DNA of 64,000 bases. Origin: Minisyncoccia bacterium (GTDB taxonomy: Bacteria; Patescibacteriota; Minisyncoccia; Phycocordibacterales; Zambryskibacteraceae). Each line of letters begins with the position of its first letter. Position 1 is the stretch's first letter. Where the stretch lies: assembly GCA_041742965.1 (NCBI GenBank), contig JBGTNQ010000003.1:12483-76482 (forward strand). The letters run 5' to 3'. Shown here in pieces: positions 55,179 through 64,000 of this stretch. A program made the translations under genes and the position numbers. The notes under the pieces were generated by a model. It was not told where the DNA came from. It saw only the letters and a list, made by a program, of their open reading frames with translations, and ran no database searches.

Positions 55179-56192
55179 ATGGCGCTCATAGGAAAAGCTT
55201 CCCCAGAAGATATGAATCTACACCCCTTCCACTATCAGTGGGCGTATGATTTATATAATCAAGCTGTACGAAATACTTGGTTTCCTCACGAAATTGCTCT
55301 CAAGGAAGATTTGGATGACTGGCAAAAAATGACAGAGGAAGAAAGGCATGCGGTGAAATTTCTTATGGCTTTTTTTAATCCAGCTGAACTTATTGTCAAT
55401 CGTTCTATTGCGCTGGGCATCTATCCATATTTGAAATCTCCAGAGTGTCACCTCTATCTTGCTAAACAGATGTGGGAAGAAGCTAACCACTGTGTTGCAT
55501 TTGAGTATGTACTTGAGACCTTTCCCTTCGATAGAGAAAAAATATTTAACACCCATCTTGAGGTTCCTTCTATGGTTGCCAAGGAAGCGTATATAAACAA
55601 ATATATGAAGCGAATGACCGAAGATACTCTCGATATCACTTCAACCGAAGGAAAAAAAGATTTTATAAGAAACTTGGTGGCGACAAATATTGTGATGGAA
55701 GGAATTTGGTTTTATTCTGGGTTTATGGTGGCTTTATCATTTCGCCAGAGAAACCAACTCCGAAACTTTGGTTCAATGATAAACTGGGTTTTGAGAGACG
55801 AGTCTCTTCATCTTAAATTTGGCATTAACTTGGTTCACAATGTTTTAGAAGAAAACCCCGAGCTTTTGACTGAAGAGTTTGCAGATGAAATAAAAAGTAT
55901 TGTTGTTGAGGGTGTGGATCTTGAGACCGCATACAATAAAGATTTGTTTCCGAATGGAATTTTAGGGCTCAATGCTGACTATGTGAATCAGTATGTGCAA
56001 TATGTTGCCGATAGGAGATTAGAAGAGCTAGGCCTTCCAAAGGTATATAATGCTACAAACCCTGCAAAATGGATGAGTACGGCTACGGATGTGTTTGAGC
56101 TCGTGAACTTCTTTGAGGCTCAAAATACTAGCTATGAGGTGGATGCTCGGTCGCATACAGATAAGGTAGAGGATAAGCCGAAGGAAGAATAG
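55179..56192 (+). CDS. nrdB: Class I ribonucleotide reductase beta subunit
   Basis: Ferritin-like di-iron motifs (EEANHCVAFEY..., ESLHL). Confidence 0.8.
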   Translation: MALIGKASPEDMNLHPFHYQWAYDLYNQAVRNTWFPHEIALKEDLDDWQKMTEEERHAVKFLMAFFNPAELIVNRSIALGIYPYLKSPECHLYLAKQMWEEANHCVAFEYVLETFPFDREKIFNTHLEVPSMVAKEAYINKYMKRMTEDTLDITSTEGKKDFIRNLVATNIVMEGIWFYSGFMVALSFRQRNQLRNFGSMINWVLRDESLHLKFGINLVHNVLEENPELLTEEFADEIKSIVVEGVDLETAYNKDLFPNGILGLNADYVNQYVQYVADRRLEELGLPKVYNATNPAKWMSTATDVFELVNFFEAQNTSYEVDARSHTDKVEDKPKEE

Positions 56193-56267
56193 TTTTTTAG
56201 CAAAAGGCGGGCACAAACCCGCCCCTTTGCTATAATAAAAACATCTTATTATTTATTTAATTTTTTT

Positions 56268-57299
56268 ATGCAGAAAATCAGAGTCGCTATTAATGGAGCA
56301 GGTCGTATTGGTAGGGCCTTTATGAAAGTCGCCCACGACAGACCAGAGATTGATATTGTCGCAATAAATGACCTCGGCGACGCAGAAAATATTGCTTATT
56401 TAATCAAGTACGATTCTGTCTATGGCAAAGCCCCTTTTGAGGTTACGGTTAGTGATGATGGGAAGAAAATAATTTTAGGTCATGATGAGACAATTTTCCT
56501 TTCTGAAAAAGAGCCCGCCAATCTACCTTGGAAAGACCTGGATATTGATGTGGTGGTTGAATCTACGGGCTTTTTTACAAGTTTTGAAAAAGCAAAAGCT
56601 CATCTTGATGCTGGAGCAAAAAAAGTGGTGGTGACAGCACCAATGAAGGATGACCCTAGTCCAGAAGTTCCTGGGGCAACAATTCTTATGGGAGTAAACG
56701 ACGAAAAGCTTTCAACCTGTACTATAAGCTCAAACGCATCTTGCACTACAAACTCTGCTAGCCCTCTCATTGCAATTTTAGATGAAGCTCTCGGAATTGA
56801 AAAAGCTATTTTAAACACTGTACACGGATATACAGCTACGCAGTCTCTTGTAGATGGCCCAGCAAAAAAAGGTTTTAGAGAGGGAAGGGCCGCTGCGCAA
56901 AATATCGTTCCTTCTTCAACTGGAGCGGCAATTGCTGTGACAAAAGCATTCCCGAAGCTCGAAGGTCTTTTTGACGGAGTCTCAATGAGAGTTCCTGTCA
57001 TTGCTGGCTCAATAGTTGATGTGACTTTTATTTCAAAAAAAGAAACTACGAAAGAAGAGGTGAATGCAATTTTGAAAAAAGCTTCAAAGGAAGAGCGGTG
57101 GAAAGGAATTTTTACTGTGACCGAAGAAGATTTGGTATCAAGTGATATTTTAGGAAGTCCTTATGGCTCAATTGCTGATTTAGATTTAACTAGGGTCATT
57201 GGAGGAAATCTGGTCAAGGTTTGTGCTTGGTATGATAACGAAATGGGATATACACACACACTTGTTAATCATGTGATAAAGGCGGGGGGTTTAGTATAA
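56268..57299 (+). CDS. gap: Glyceraldehyde-3-phosphate dehydrogenase
   Basis: INGAGRIGR Rossmann motif and the ASCTTNS active site. Confidence 0.9.
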   Translation: MQKIRVAINGAGRIGRAFMKVAHDRPEIDIVAINDLGDAENIAYLIKYDSVYGKAPFEVTVSDDGKKIILGHDETIFLSEKEPANLPWKDLDIDVVVESTGFFTSFEKAKAHLDAGAKKVVVTAPMKDDPSPEVPGATILMGVNDEKLSTCTISSNASCTTNSASPLIAILDEALGIEKAILNTVHGYTATQSLVDGPAKKGFREGRAAAQNIVPSSTGAAIAVTKAFPKLEGLFDGVSMRVPVIAGSIVDVTFISKKETTKEEVNAILKKASKEERWKGIFTVTEEDLVSSDILGSPYGSIADLDLTRVIGGNLVKVCAWYDNEMGYTHTLVNHVIKAGGLV

Positions 57300-57307
57300 T
57301 CAGACTG

Positions 57308-57778
57308 ATGAAAATCTTTATAGGTAGTGACCACGCCGGCCTTGCTCAAAAAGAGAGAATTATAGAGTCCCTTGGTGTTATTGGGCATGAAGTTGTTGAT
57401 TGTGGCGCTTTTGAATATGACGAAAATGATGATTATCCGGACTTCGTTATTCCTGTGGCTCGTGAAGTTTCTAAGAATCCTGAAAATGTAAAAGGCATTG
57501 TTCTCGGTGGTTCTGGTCAAGGGGAGGCGATTGTGGCTAATCGTTTTCCCAATGTTCGCGCAGTGGTTTTTTACGGCAATAAAAGTTCTCTTGCTGGTCC
57601 AATTACCAATTTGGAATTGACTCGTCAACACAATAACGCCAATGTTTTGGCCCTAGGTTCGCGTTTTATTACCGATGAAGAAGCAGTGGAAGCGGTGGAG
57701 CTTTGGCTGGATACTCCATTTTCAAATGGGGAGAGACATAAGAGAAGGATAAATAAAATTGAGAAGTTCCCTGACTAA
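57308..57778 (+). CDS. rpiB: Ribose-5-phosphate isomerase B
   Basis: MKIFIGSDHAG... Confidence 0.85.
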   Translation: MKIFIGSDHAGLAQKERIIESLGVIGHEVVDCGAFEYDENDDYPDFVIPVAREVSKNPENVKGIVLGGSGQGEAIVANRFPNVRAVVFYGNKSSLAGPITNLELTRQHNNANVLALGSRFITDEEAVEAVELWLDTPFSNGERHKRRINKIEKFPD

Positions 57779-58487
57779 AATGACTGAAATAATTCCAGCA
57801 ATTATTCCACAGAGTTTTGATGATTTGAAAGATAAACTTTCTTTGGTTTCTGGATTAGTGCCGATTGTGCAGGTAGACATTTTAGACGGAAAACTTACGA
57901 GCGAAAAGTCGTGGCCATATCTACGAACTCCCGATTCTGATTTTTTGAGAATTATTCAAGAAGAAGAAGGTTTTCCATATTGGGAAGAAGTAGATTTTGA
58001 GGTAGATCTAATGGTTAGTGATCCAGATTCTTGTGTCCAAGAATGGGTTTCTGCTGGAGCGAAAAGAATTATTGTGCACTTTGAGTCTTTTACAGATGAA
58101 GGAACCGCACTTTCTTTTGTAAAATCGTTTAAGGAGAGATTTGGAGGCAATGGATCTTTTTTGGCGATAGAACTCGGTTTGGCTATAGATATAAATACAG
58201 ATTTAAGAGTTCTGGATTCAATCGTTGAATATATTGATTTTATACAATGTATGGGTATTTCCGTTATAGGAAGACAAGGTGAGCCCTTCGATGAGAGGGT
58301 GATTCAAAAAATAAAAAATATTCATGAAAAATACCCAGATATGATTGTAAGTGTTGACGGAGGGGTGAATTTAGATTCCGCTCCCAAACTTATAGAGGCT
58401 GGAGCAGATAGACTTGTGGCCGGTTCAGCTATATTTGGAAGCGATGATATACTTGGTACAATAGAGGAATTAGAGAATATAAAATGA
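57759..58487 (+). CDS. rpe: Ribulose-phosphate 3-epimerase-like protein
   Basis: C-terminal VDGGVN...GSAIF motif. The N-terminal region is atypical; the start may be the internal MTEIIP. Confidence 0.65.
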   Translation: MRSSLTKMTEIIPAIIPQSFDDLKDKLSLVSGLVPIVQVDILDGKLTSEKSWPYLRTPDSDFLRIIQEEEGFPYWEEVDFEVDLMVSDPDSCVQEWVSAGAKRIIVHFESFTDEGTALSFVKSFKERFGGNGSFLAIELGLAIDINTDLRVLDSIVEYIDFIQCMGISVIGRQGEPFDERVIQKIKNIHEKYPDMIVSVDGGVNLDSAPKLIEAGADRLVAGSAIFGSDDILGTIEELENIK

Positions 58488-59356
58488 CAGTCCTTACAGA
58501 AGAAAAGAAAAATGAATTGGCTGAAAAAGCTAATCTAATACGTCAGTCAATTATAGAAATGCTTCTTGAAGCAAAGAGTGGCCACACCGCCGGCCCCCTT
58601 GGTATGACGGATGTTTTTACACTTCTTTTTTTCCATCAACTTAATCACGATCCAAAGAACCCATCTTGGGAAAATCGCGACAGGGTCGTCCTTTCAAACG
58701 GACACATTTGCCCCGTGCTTTATGCCACCATGGCGCATGCCGGATATTTTTCTCTTGATGAACTGAAGACCCTCCGAAAATTCGGGAGCATTCTTCAGGG
58801 GCATCCACATAGAGAATTTTTACCATCACTTGAGACTTCTTCTGGTCCTTTGGCATCTGGCCTTTCGCAAGCTGTAGGTATGGCTTTGGCAGACAGGATT
58901 GATAATGGTGTTGAGTCTCAAAAAAGAATATTTTGTTTAATGTCGGATGGAGAGCAGGAGTCAGGTCAAATCTGGGAAGCGGGGATGCTTGCCGGAAAGG
59001 AGAAGCTCCGCAATTTAGTTGGAATAATTGATCGCAATAATATCCAGATAGATGGATATACAGAAGACATCATGCCGTTAGAACCCTTTGCCGATAAATG
59101 GAGAGCGTGGAATTGGCATGTTATTGAGGTGGATGGACATAATTTTGAAGAAATAAATGATGCCATACAACAAGCCAAGGCTGTTTTTGAAAAACCGACT
59201 ATGATAATCGCTCGCACAATCCCCGGAAAAGGTGTCAAAGAATTTGAGAGAAAGTATGAGTGGCATGGAAAGCCCCCCAATAAAGAAGAGGCTGAAATGG
59301 CTTTGAAAGAGCTTAGAAGTTTGGGTGGAAAAATCGCTGGATATCACAATGATTAA
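58484..59356 (+). CDS. Transketolase, N-terminal (TPP-binding) subunit
   Basis: SGHTAGPLG...GH and GDG motifs; split-transketolase arrangement. Confidence 0.85.
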   Translation: MTVLTEEKKNELAEKANLIRQSIIEMLLEAKSGHTAGPLGMTDVFTLLFFHQLNHDPKNPSWENRDRVVLSNGHICPVLYATMAHAGYFSLDELKTLRKFGSILQGHPHREFLPSLETSSGPLASGLSQAVGMALADRIDNGVESQKRIFCLMSDGEQESGQIWEAGMLAGKEKLRNLVGIIDRNNIQIDGYTEDIMPLEPFADKWRAWNWHVIEVDGHNFEEINDAIQQAKAVFEKPTMIIARTIPGKGVKEFERKYEWHGKPPNKEEAEMALKELRSLGGKIAGYHND

Positions 59357-60326
59357 TTTAAATCCAAAACTTTTTGATGAAGACGTAGAGCAAATGCCAA
59401 TTCGCAAGGGATTCGGCGAAGGGCTTTTAATTGCTGGAGAAAATGACGAGAATGTTGTAGGTCTTTGCGCAGACTTAACAGAGTCCACCCAAATGCATCT
59501 TTTTAGAAATAAGTTTCCAGAAAGATTTATTCAGGTGGGTGTGGCTGAGCAAAACTTGGCATCTGTGGCTTCTGGCATGTCAGCCATGGGTAAAATCCCT
59601 TTTATTACTTCATACGCAATGTTTTCTCCAGGAAGAAACTGGGAGCAGATTCGTACTACTATTTGCTATAACGACAGACCGGTAAAAATCGCAGGAAGCC
59701 ATGCTGGTATTTCTGTGGGTCCAGATGGTGGTACTCACCAAGCGGTTGAAGATATTGCCATCACTAGAGTTATTCCAAATATGGTGGTGATATCTCCATG
59801 TGATGCTATAGAAGCTAAGAAAGCGACCATAGCGTCTGCTAAGACAAATACACCAGTTTACATTCGTCTAGCTCGAGAAAAAACTCCAATTATTACTACG
59901 GAAGACACGCCATTTGAAATAGGAAAAGCTCAAATATTTTTTGAATCAGAAAATCCTCAAGTGACAATCGTAGCTACGGGAGCTCTGGTATTCAAGGCTC
60001 TTTCGGTTGCTAAAAAGTTAGAAGAAGAAGGTATTGGCTCAATTGTTATAAATCTTTCGACAATTAAACCGCTTGATAAAGAGACTATTCTCTCAGCTGT
60101 AAAGCGGGCGCCAAAGGTAGTGACGGTAGAAGAGCACCAAGTTGCTGGTGGCATGGGCTCTGCTGTATCAGAAATGCTCTCAGAAAATTTTCCTGTACCA
60201 CAAGAGTTTGTGGGGGTAAGGGACAAGTTTGGTCAATCCGGCACTCCGGAAGAACTAATAGAACACTATGGTATGGGGGAGACACATATTATGGAAGCAG
60301 TTAGGAAAGTCATTAGTAGACAGTAG
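59349..60326 (+). CDS. Transketolase, C-terminal subunit
   Basis: Pyr and C-terminal domains; ATGA overlap with the N-terminal subunit. Confidence 0.85.
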   Translation: MINLNPKLFDEDVEQMPIRKGFGEGLLIAGENDENVVGLCADLTESTQMHLFRNKFPERFIQVGVAEQNLASVASGMSAMGKIPFITSYAMFSPGRNWEQIRTTICYNDRPVKIAGSHAGISVGPDGGTHQAVEDIAITRVIPNMVVISPCDAIEAKKATIASAKTNTPVYIRLAREKTPIITTEDTPFEIGKAQIFFESENPQVTIVATGALVFKALSVAKKLEEEGIGSIVINLSTIKPLDKETILSAVKRAPKVVTVEEHQVAGGMGSAVSEMLSENFPVPQEFVGVRDKFGQSGTPEELIEHYGMGETHIMEAVRKVISRQ

Positions 60327-60379
60327 GCAGTAAAAACATTCCAATATTCTCAAGAATGTTGGAATGTTCTTAGATAAAA

Positions 60380-60604
60380 ATGGAAATACGAAAGGGGATT
60401 TATAAACATTCAAAATCTGGAAAAGAATACAGAGTTATTAATTTGGCTAAACACTCCGAAACTCTGGAGGATATGGTCGTCTACGAAACTCTTTATGAAA
60501 ATGAAGCTTCAAAAGTTTGGGTCAGGTCACTTAGTATGTTCGTTGAAGATGTTTTAATTGACGGAGTTAAAAAACCAAGATTTGTTTTTGTGAGGGATAA
60601 TTAG
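60380..60604 (+). CDS. DUF1653-like small protein
   Basis: GIYKHSKSGKEYRV pattern. Confidence 0.45.
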   Translation: MEIRKGIYKHSKSGKEYRVINLAKHSETLEDMVVYETLYENEASKVWVRSLSMFVEDVLIDGVKKPRFVFVRDN

Positions 60605-60606
60605 TA

Positions 60607-61605
60607 TTAATCCACAAGTTTTGGTCTGTATTCAGCGGGGGCATTTTGAAGTAACACTTCAAGTTTTTCTCGGGTGAGGAGCCCTCTTTGTGCTCCAATA
60701 TCCTGAACCACAGACATTGAGTTTATAGGTCCCCACGATAGTGCCTGAGGGATACTTAGTCCCAATACTAGAGCTACTGTGAATGTGGAAGCGAAGGCGT
60801 CTCCGGCACCAGTTCTCTCAAAAGGGGGCTTTGGATCTGGGTATGTTGGCATAAACCAGACCTCTATTCCATCATAAGCATATGCACCTCGAGGGCCATC
60901 GGTTATAACGGTGATCTTGGGGCCAAGCGCTGACATTTTCATACATAGCTCTTTTATGGATATGTTTTCTTTTATATCAAGGATTCTTTTTGCTTCTTCA
61001 ACATTGCAAAAGAAAACTTCCGTAAGTTTATATAATTCCGCCAATTTTTCCTTTCCAAGTTTCATTTGAAATGTTCCAGGTTGAAAAGCCAGTTTTACTG
61101 TCGGATGAAGTTTGAGATACCTCGCTATTTCTTCGTGAAAAGGAAGGGAGTTTTCAGCCAAAGAAGAGAGATATAGCCACTTCGGTGTTCCAATATCGGG
61201 TAGGGAATATTCAAATTCCTCGTGTTTTACCAAGATGGTTCTCTCATCTTCATACCACAACACATAATGATAGTTTGTATCCTTATCGTCGTGGGTTTTT
61301 ATGAATTCTGTTCCAACACCTTCTTTTTCTAGGACCTCTATGCATTCTGTGCCGTTTAAGTCTTTTCCTACATTGGAAACTAATGCTGAGCTTACTCCAA
61401 GTCTTGAAGCGGATACTGCGGCATTAGGGCTATTTCCGACAGCTCGAATGACATCTACTGATTGAAAGGGGACTTTATCCCCGAATGCTATACAGAGTTT
61501 GCAATCTTCTTTGTTTATATCACAGTTTACACTAGCGTCTTTTAGTCGGATAAATGCGTCAGTCACAATGTCTCCAATAGCGACAAAATCATAGTTTTTA
61601 TTCAT
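60607..61605 (-). CDS. PfkB-family carbohydrate kinase
   Basis: GAGDAFAS motif and a ribokinase-like fold. Confidence 0.8.
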   Translation of the reverse strand: MNKNYDFVAIGDIVTDAFIRLKDASVNCDINKEDCKLCIAFGDKVPFQSVDVIRAVGNSPNAAVSASRLGVSSALVSNVGKDLNGTECIEVLEKEGVGTEFIKTHDDKDTNYHYVLWYEDERTILVKHEEFEYSLPDIGTPKWLYLSSLAENSLPFHEEIARYLKLHPTVKLAFQPGTFQMKLGKEKLAELYKLTEVFFCNVEEAKRILDIKENISIKELCMKMSALGPKITVITDGPRGAYAYDGIEVWFMPTYPDPKPPFERTGAGDAFASTFTVALVLGLSIPQALSWGPINSMSVVQDIGAQRGLLTREKLEVLLQNAPAEYRPKLVD

Positions 61606-61777
61606 AAAATAATTATAGCATGTCCGTTTTTGCTCTGTGGTATAATTGCTTCAATGAATCCCGTTAGAAGTTATTCGGTTTGTTGAGTTACGGGATGTAT
61701 CAAAAAAGAGCAATTTTATATAGTCGTTATTTATTATATTAATTACAGAAATCTAAAGATTTCTTACTTCTAACGGG

Positions 61778-62647
61778 ATGAAAACTTTAAGAGAATACGT
61801 GAAAGACGCAGATTCACAACATGTCGCTGTTGGTCATTTTAATATTTCAAACATTGAAGGCGTGTGGGCTGTCGCCAGGGCCGGAAAATCTTTGGGACTT
61901 CCTGTGATTATTGGGGTTTCTGAAGGGGAGAGGGACTTTGTCGGTCCAGCTCAAGTGAGAGCTGTGGTTTCAAGTATTCGCGACGAACTTAATCATCCGA
62001 TATTTCTAAATGCTGACCATACATATTCTGTTGAGCGTGTTAAAGAGGCGATTGATTTAGGTTTTGATTCTGTAATTTTTGATGGCGCCAAACTTTCTTT
62101 GGAGGAAAATATAAAATCTACTAAAGAGTGTGTCGAATATGCTCGAAGCAAAGATAGGGACATTCTTGTAGAGGGAGAGTTGGGCTATATTGGGCAGTCA
62201 TCAAAGTTGCTGGACGAAATTCCAGAAGGGGTCAGTTTCGGAGCAGAGTCACTAACAAGCCCAGAAGAAGCAAGGGATTTTGTGGAAAAGACAGGTATTG
62301 ATCTTTTGGCGCCAGCCGTTGGTAATATGCACGGGATGATTAAGGGTGGAGGAGGTGGTTTACATCTTGATATAGAGAGAGTTAAAGCAATAAGAGATAC
62401 AGCTGGTGTGCCCCTAGTTCTTCATGGTGGTTCGGGAAACTCAAAAGAGGACTTTATAAACTCTATAAAAGCTGGCGTGTCGATAGTGCATATAAATACA
62501 GAACTCCGTTTGACTTTTCGTGATGCCTTAAAAAGAGAACTTCAGGAAAATCCCGAAGAAATAGCTCCTTATAAATTTATGAAACCATCCCTCCTTGCAA
62601 TGCAGAAACTTGTAGAAGAAAAAATTTCACTTTTTAATCAAAAATAA
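61778..62647 (+). CDS. fba: Class II fructose-bisphosphate aldolase
   Basis: Class II aldolase fold with H-x-D...LHGGSG motifs. Confidence 0.85.
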   Translation: MKTLREYVKDADSQHVAVGHFNISNIEGVWAVARAGKSLGLPVIIGVSEGERDFVGPAQVRAVVSSIRDELNHPIFLNADHTYSVERVKEAIDLGFDSVIFDGAKLSLEENIKSTKECVEYARSKDRDILVEGELGYIGQSSKLLDEIPEGVSFGAESLTSPEEARDFVEKTGIDLLAPAVGNMHGMIKGGGGGLHLDIERVKAIRDTAGVPLVLHGGSGNSKEDFINSIKAGVSIVHINTELRLTFRDALKRELQENPEEIAPYKFMKPSLLAMQKLVEEKISLFNQK

Positions 62648-62649
62648 TA

Positions 62650-64000
62650 ATGTTCGAGGATTTAAAGAAACTAATCAGTGGAGACCTGCAGACCGACGAA
62701 GACACATTGACTAAATATAGTCATGACGCTTCTTTGTTTGAGGTTCGTCCTAAAGCAGTTATACATCCAAAGGGGAGTGAGGATGTTAAAGCAGTAGTGA
62801 GCTTTGTCTCTCAAAATAAAAAGGACAATCCAGAGCTTTCTATTACAGCTCGTTCTGCTGGTACATGTATGTCTGGGGGCTCGATTAATGAATCTTTGAT
62901 TTTTGACTTTACCACGCATATGAATGGTATTATAGGTTTTTCTGGTGAATCTGTGACGGTTCTTCCTGGGACTTTCTATAGGGATTTTGAGAAGGAAACC
63001 CTGTCTCGAGGGCTTATTTTGCCATGCTTTACAGCCTCAAAAAATATCTGCGCTTTGGGTGGAATGATAGGAAACAACTGTGCCGGAGAAAAGACGCTTC
63101 GTTATGGAAAAATGGAAAGGTATATTGAGTCACTCAAAGTTGTATTTTCTGATGGCAATGAGTACGAAGTCAGGCCTCTCTCGAAAGTTGAACTTGATAA
63201 AAAAATTGTCCAAAATGATTTTGAGGGTGATTTGTATAAGAAAACCTACAACCTAATACAAAACAACCAACAAATCATAAAGGATGCCAAACCGAATGTT
63301 TCAAAGAATTCTGCCGGTTATTATCTTTGGAATGTCTGGGATGGAAAAACTTTTGATCTCACAAAACTTATTGTTGGTTCCCAAGGTACACTAGGCATTG
63401 TTACAGAAGCTAAACTCAAGCTTGTACCAGTGAAGGAAAAAACAAAACTTTTTGTTATATTCTTGCGGGATCTCACCCATTTAAGCGAACTTGTTAATGA
63501 AATTTTGCCATTAGATCCAGAAAGCGTTGAGTCTTATGATGATCAAACTTTGGGACTTGCGGTTAGGTTTTTTCCAGAGATGTTTAAAACAATGAAATCA
63601 GGCTTTTTGAAGCTTATATGGAGCTTTTTACCCGAGGCGGGAATGATGCTTACTGGTGGAATACCAAAGCTAATTGTTCTTGTTGAGTTTACTGAGAAAT
63701 CAGAAGAAGAAATAGATAGCAAAATCTCGCAACTCGAATCTAAGATCAAACATTTTGGTTTTAAAACACACACAGCCCACTCTGTTGAAGAGGCAGAGAA
63801 ATATTGGACTATTAGAAGAGAGAGTTTCAATCTTTTAAGAAAACATGTTCGTGGAAAGAGAACAGCTCCTTTTATAGATGATGTTATTGTAAGGCCCGAA
63901 TATCTTCCAGAATTTATTCCAAAAATGAGAAAAATCTTGAATGATTACAAACTTGTCTATACAATCGCAGGGCACGCTGGAAATGGAAACTTCCACATTA
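62650..64000 (+). CDS. FAD-binding oxidase (GlcD/D-lactate dehydrogenase-like), 5' partial at the window edge
   Basis: The reading frame is open from ATG 62650 to the window end and has an FAD-binding PCMH-type N-terminal region. It is absent from the ORF track because no stop falls in the window. Confidence 0.55.
   Translation, partial: MFEDLKKLISGDLQTDEDTLTKYSHDASLFEVRPKAVIHPKGSEDVKAVVSFVSQNKKDNPELSITARSAGTCMSGGSINESLIFDFTTHMNGIIGFSGESVTVLPGTFYRDFEKETLSRGLILPCFTASKNICALGGMIGNNCAGEKTLRYGKMERYIESLKVVFSDGNEYEVRPLSKVELDKKIVQNDFEGDLYKKTYNLIQNNQQIIKDAKPNVSKNSAGYYLWNVWDGKTFDLTKLIVGSQGTLGIVTEAKLKLVPVKEKTKLFVIFLRDLTHLSELVNEILPLDPESVESYDDQTLGLAVRFFPEMFKTMKSGFLKLIWSFLPEAGMMLTGGIPKLIVLVEFTEKSEEEIDSKISQLESKIKHFGFKTHTAHSVEEAEKYWTIRRESFNLLRKHVRGKRTAPFIDDVIVRPEYLPEFIPKMRKILNDYKLVYTIAGHAGNGNFHI

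Overview
This is a low-GC (~38%) bacterial chromosomal segment with Candidate Phyla Radiation (CPR)/Patescibacteria-like gene content: many pilin-like and small secreted proteins, a split transketolase and sparse central metabolism.

Gene content, in order along the window:
- A type IV pilin/pseudopilin cluster with a prepilin peptidase.
- ligA and gatC-gatA.
- A tRNA-Met/tRNA-Asp locus, followed by an array of six single-gene cassettes separated by a conserved spacer and bounded by degenerate copies of the tRNA-Asp 3' end; murB is one of the cassettes.
- A tRNA-Thr(GGU) gene with a ~187-nt group-I-like intron in the anticodon loop, a free-standing HNH endonuclease, then tRNA-Thr(CGU).
- prfB (no programmed frameshift visible) and ftsE-ftsX.
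- A GC-rich two-gene islet, then tRNA-Gln.
- A SagB-type dehydrogenase::YcaO fusion gene with a downstream 36-aa Cys/Ser/Gly-rich precursor-like ORF. Next to it are an HExxH protein, a SAM methyltransferase, a GNAT and a divergent MFS exporter. Together these look like a TOMM-like RiPP cluster.
- NADAR, DoxX, P-type ATPase, several secreted/membrane hypotheticals, an SGNH hydrolase, MFS, RNase J, a peptide substrate-binding protein, secG, groES-groEL, lemA-htpX.
- A GGDEF gene whose 3' end is duplicated around a ~3.5-kb insertion encoding a VirD4/VirB4-like ATPase.
- tRNA-Ser(GGA), msrB, an RRM protein, nrdA-nrdB, gap, rpiB, rpe, split tkt, a pfkB kinase, fba and a partial FAD-oxidase.

Three copies of a ~190-nt GC-rich structured element sit directly at or near tRNA 3' ends, each with a duplicated tRNA 3' end. 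Several GC-rich islets (50-58% GC) suggest horizontal acquisition. No rRNA and no CRISPR array were seen.

All homology statements come from motif recognition by eye; no searches were run.
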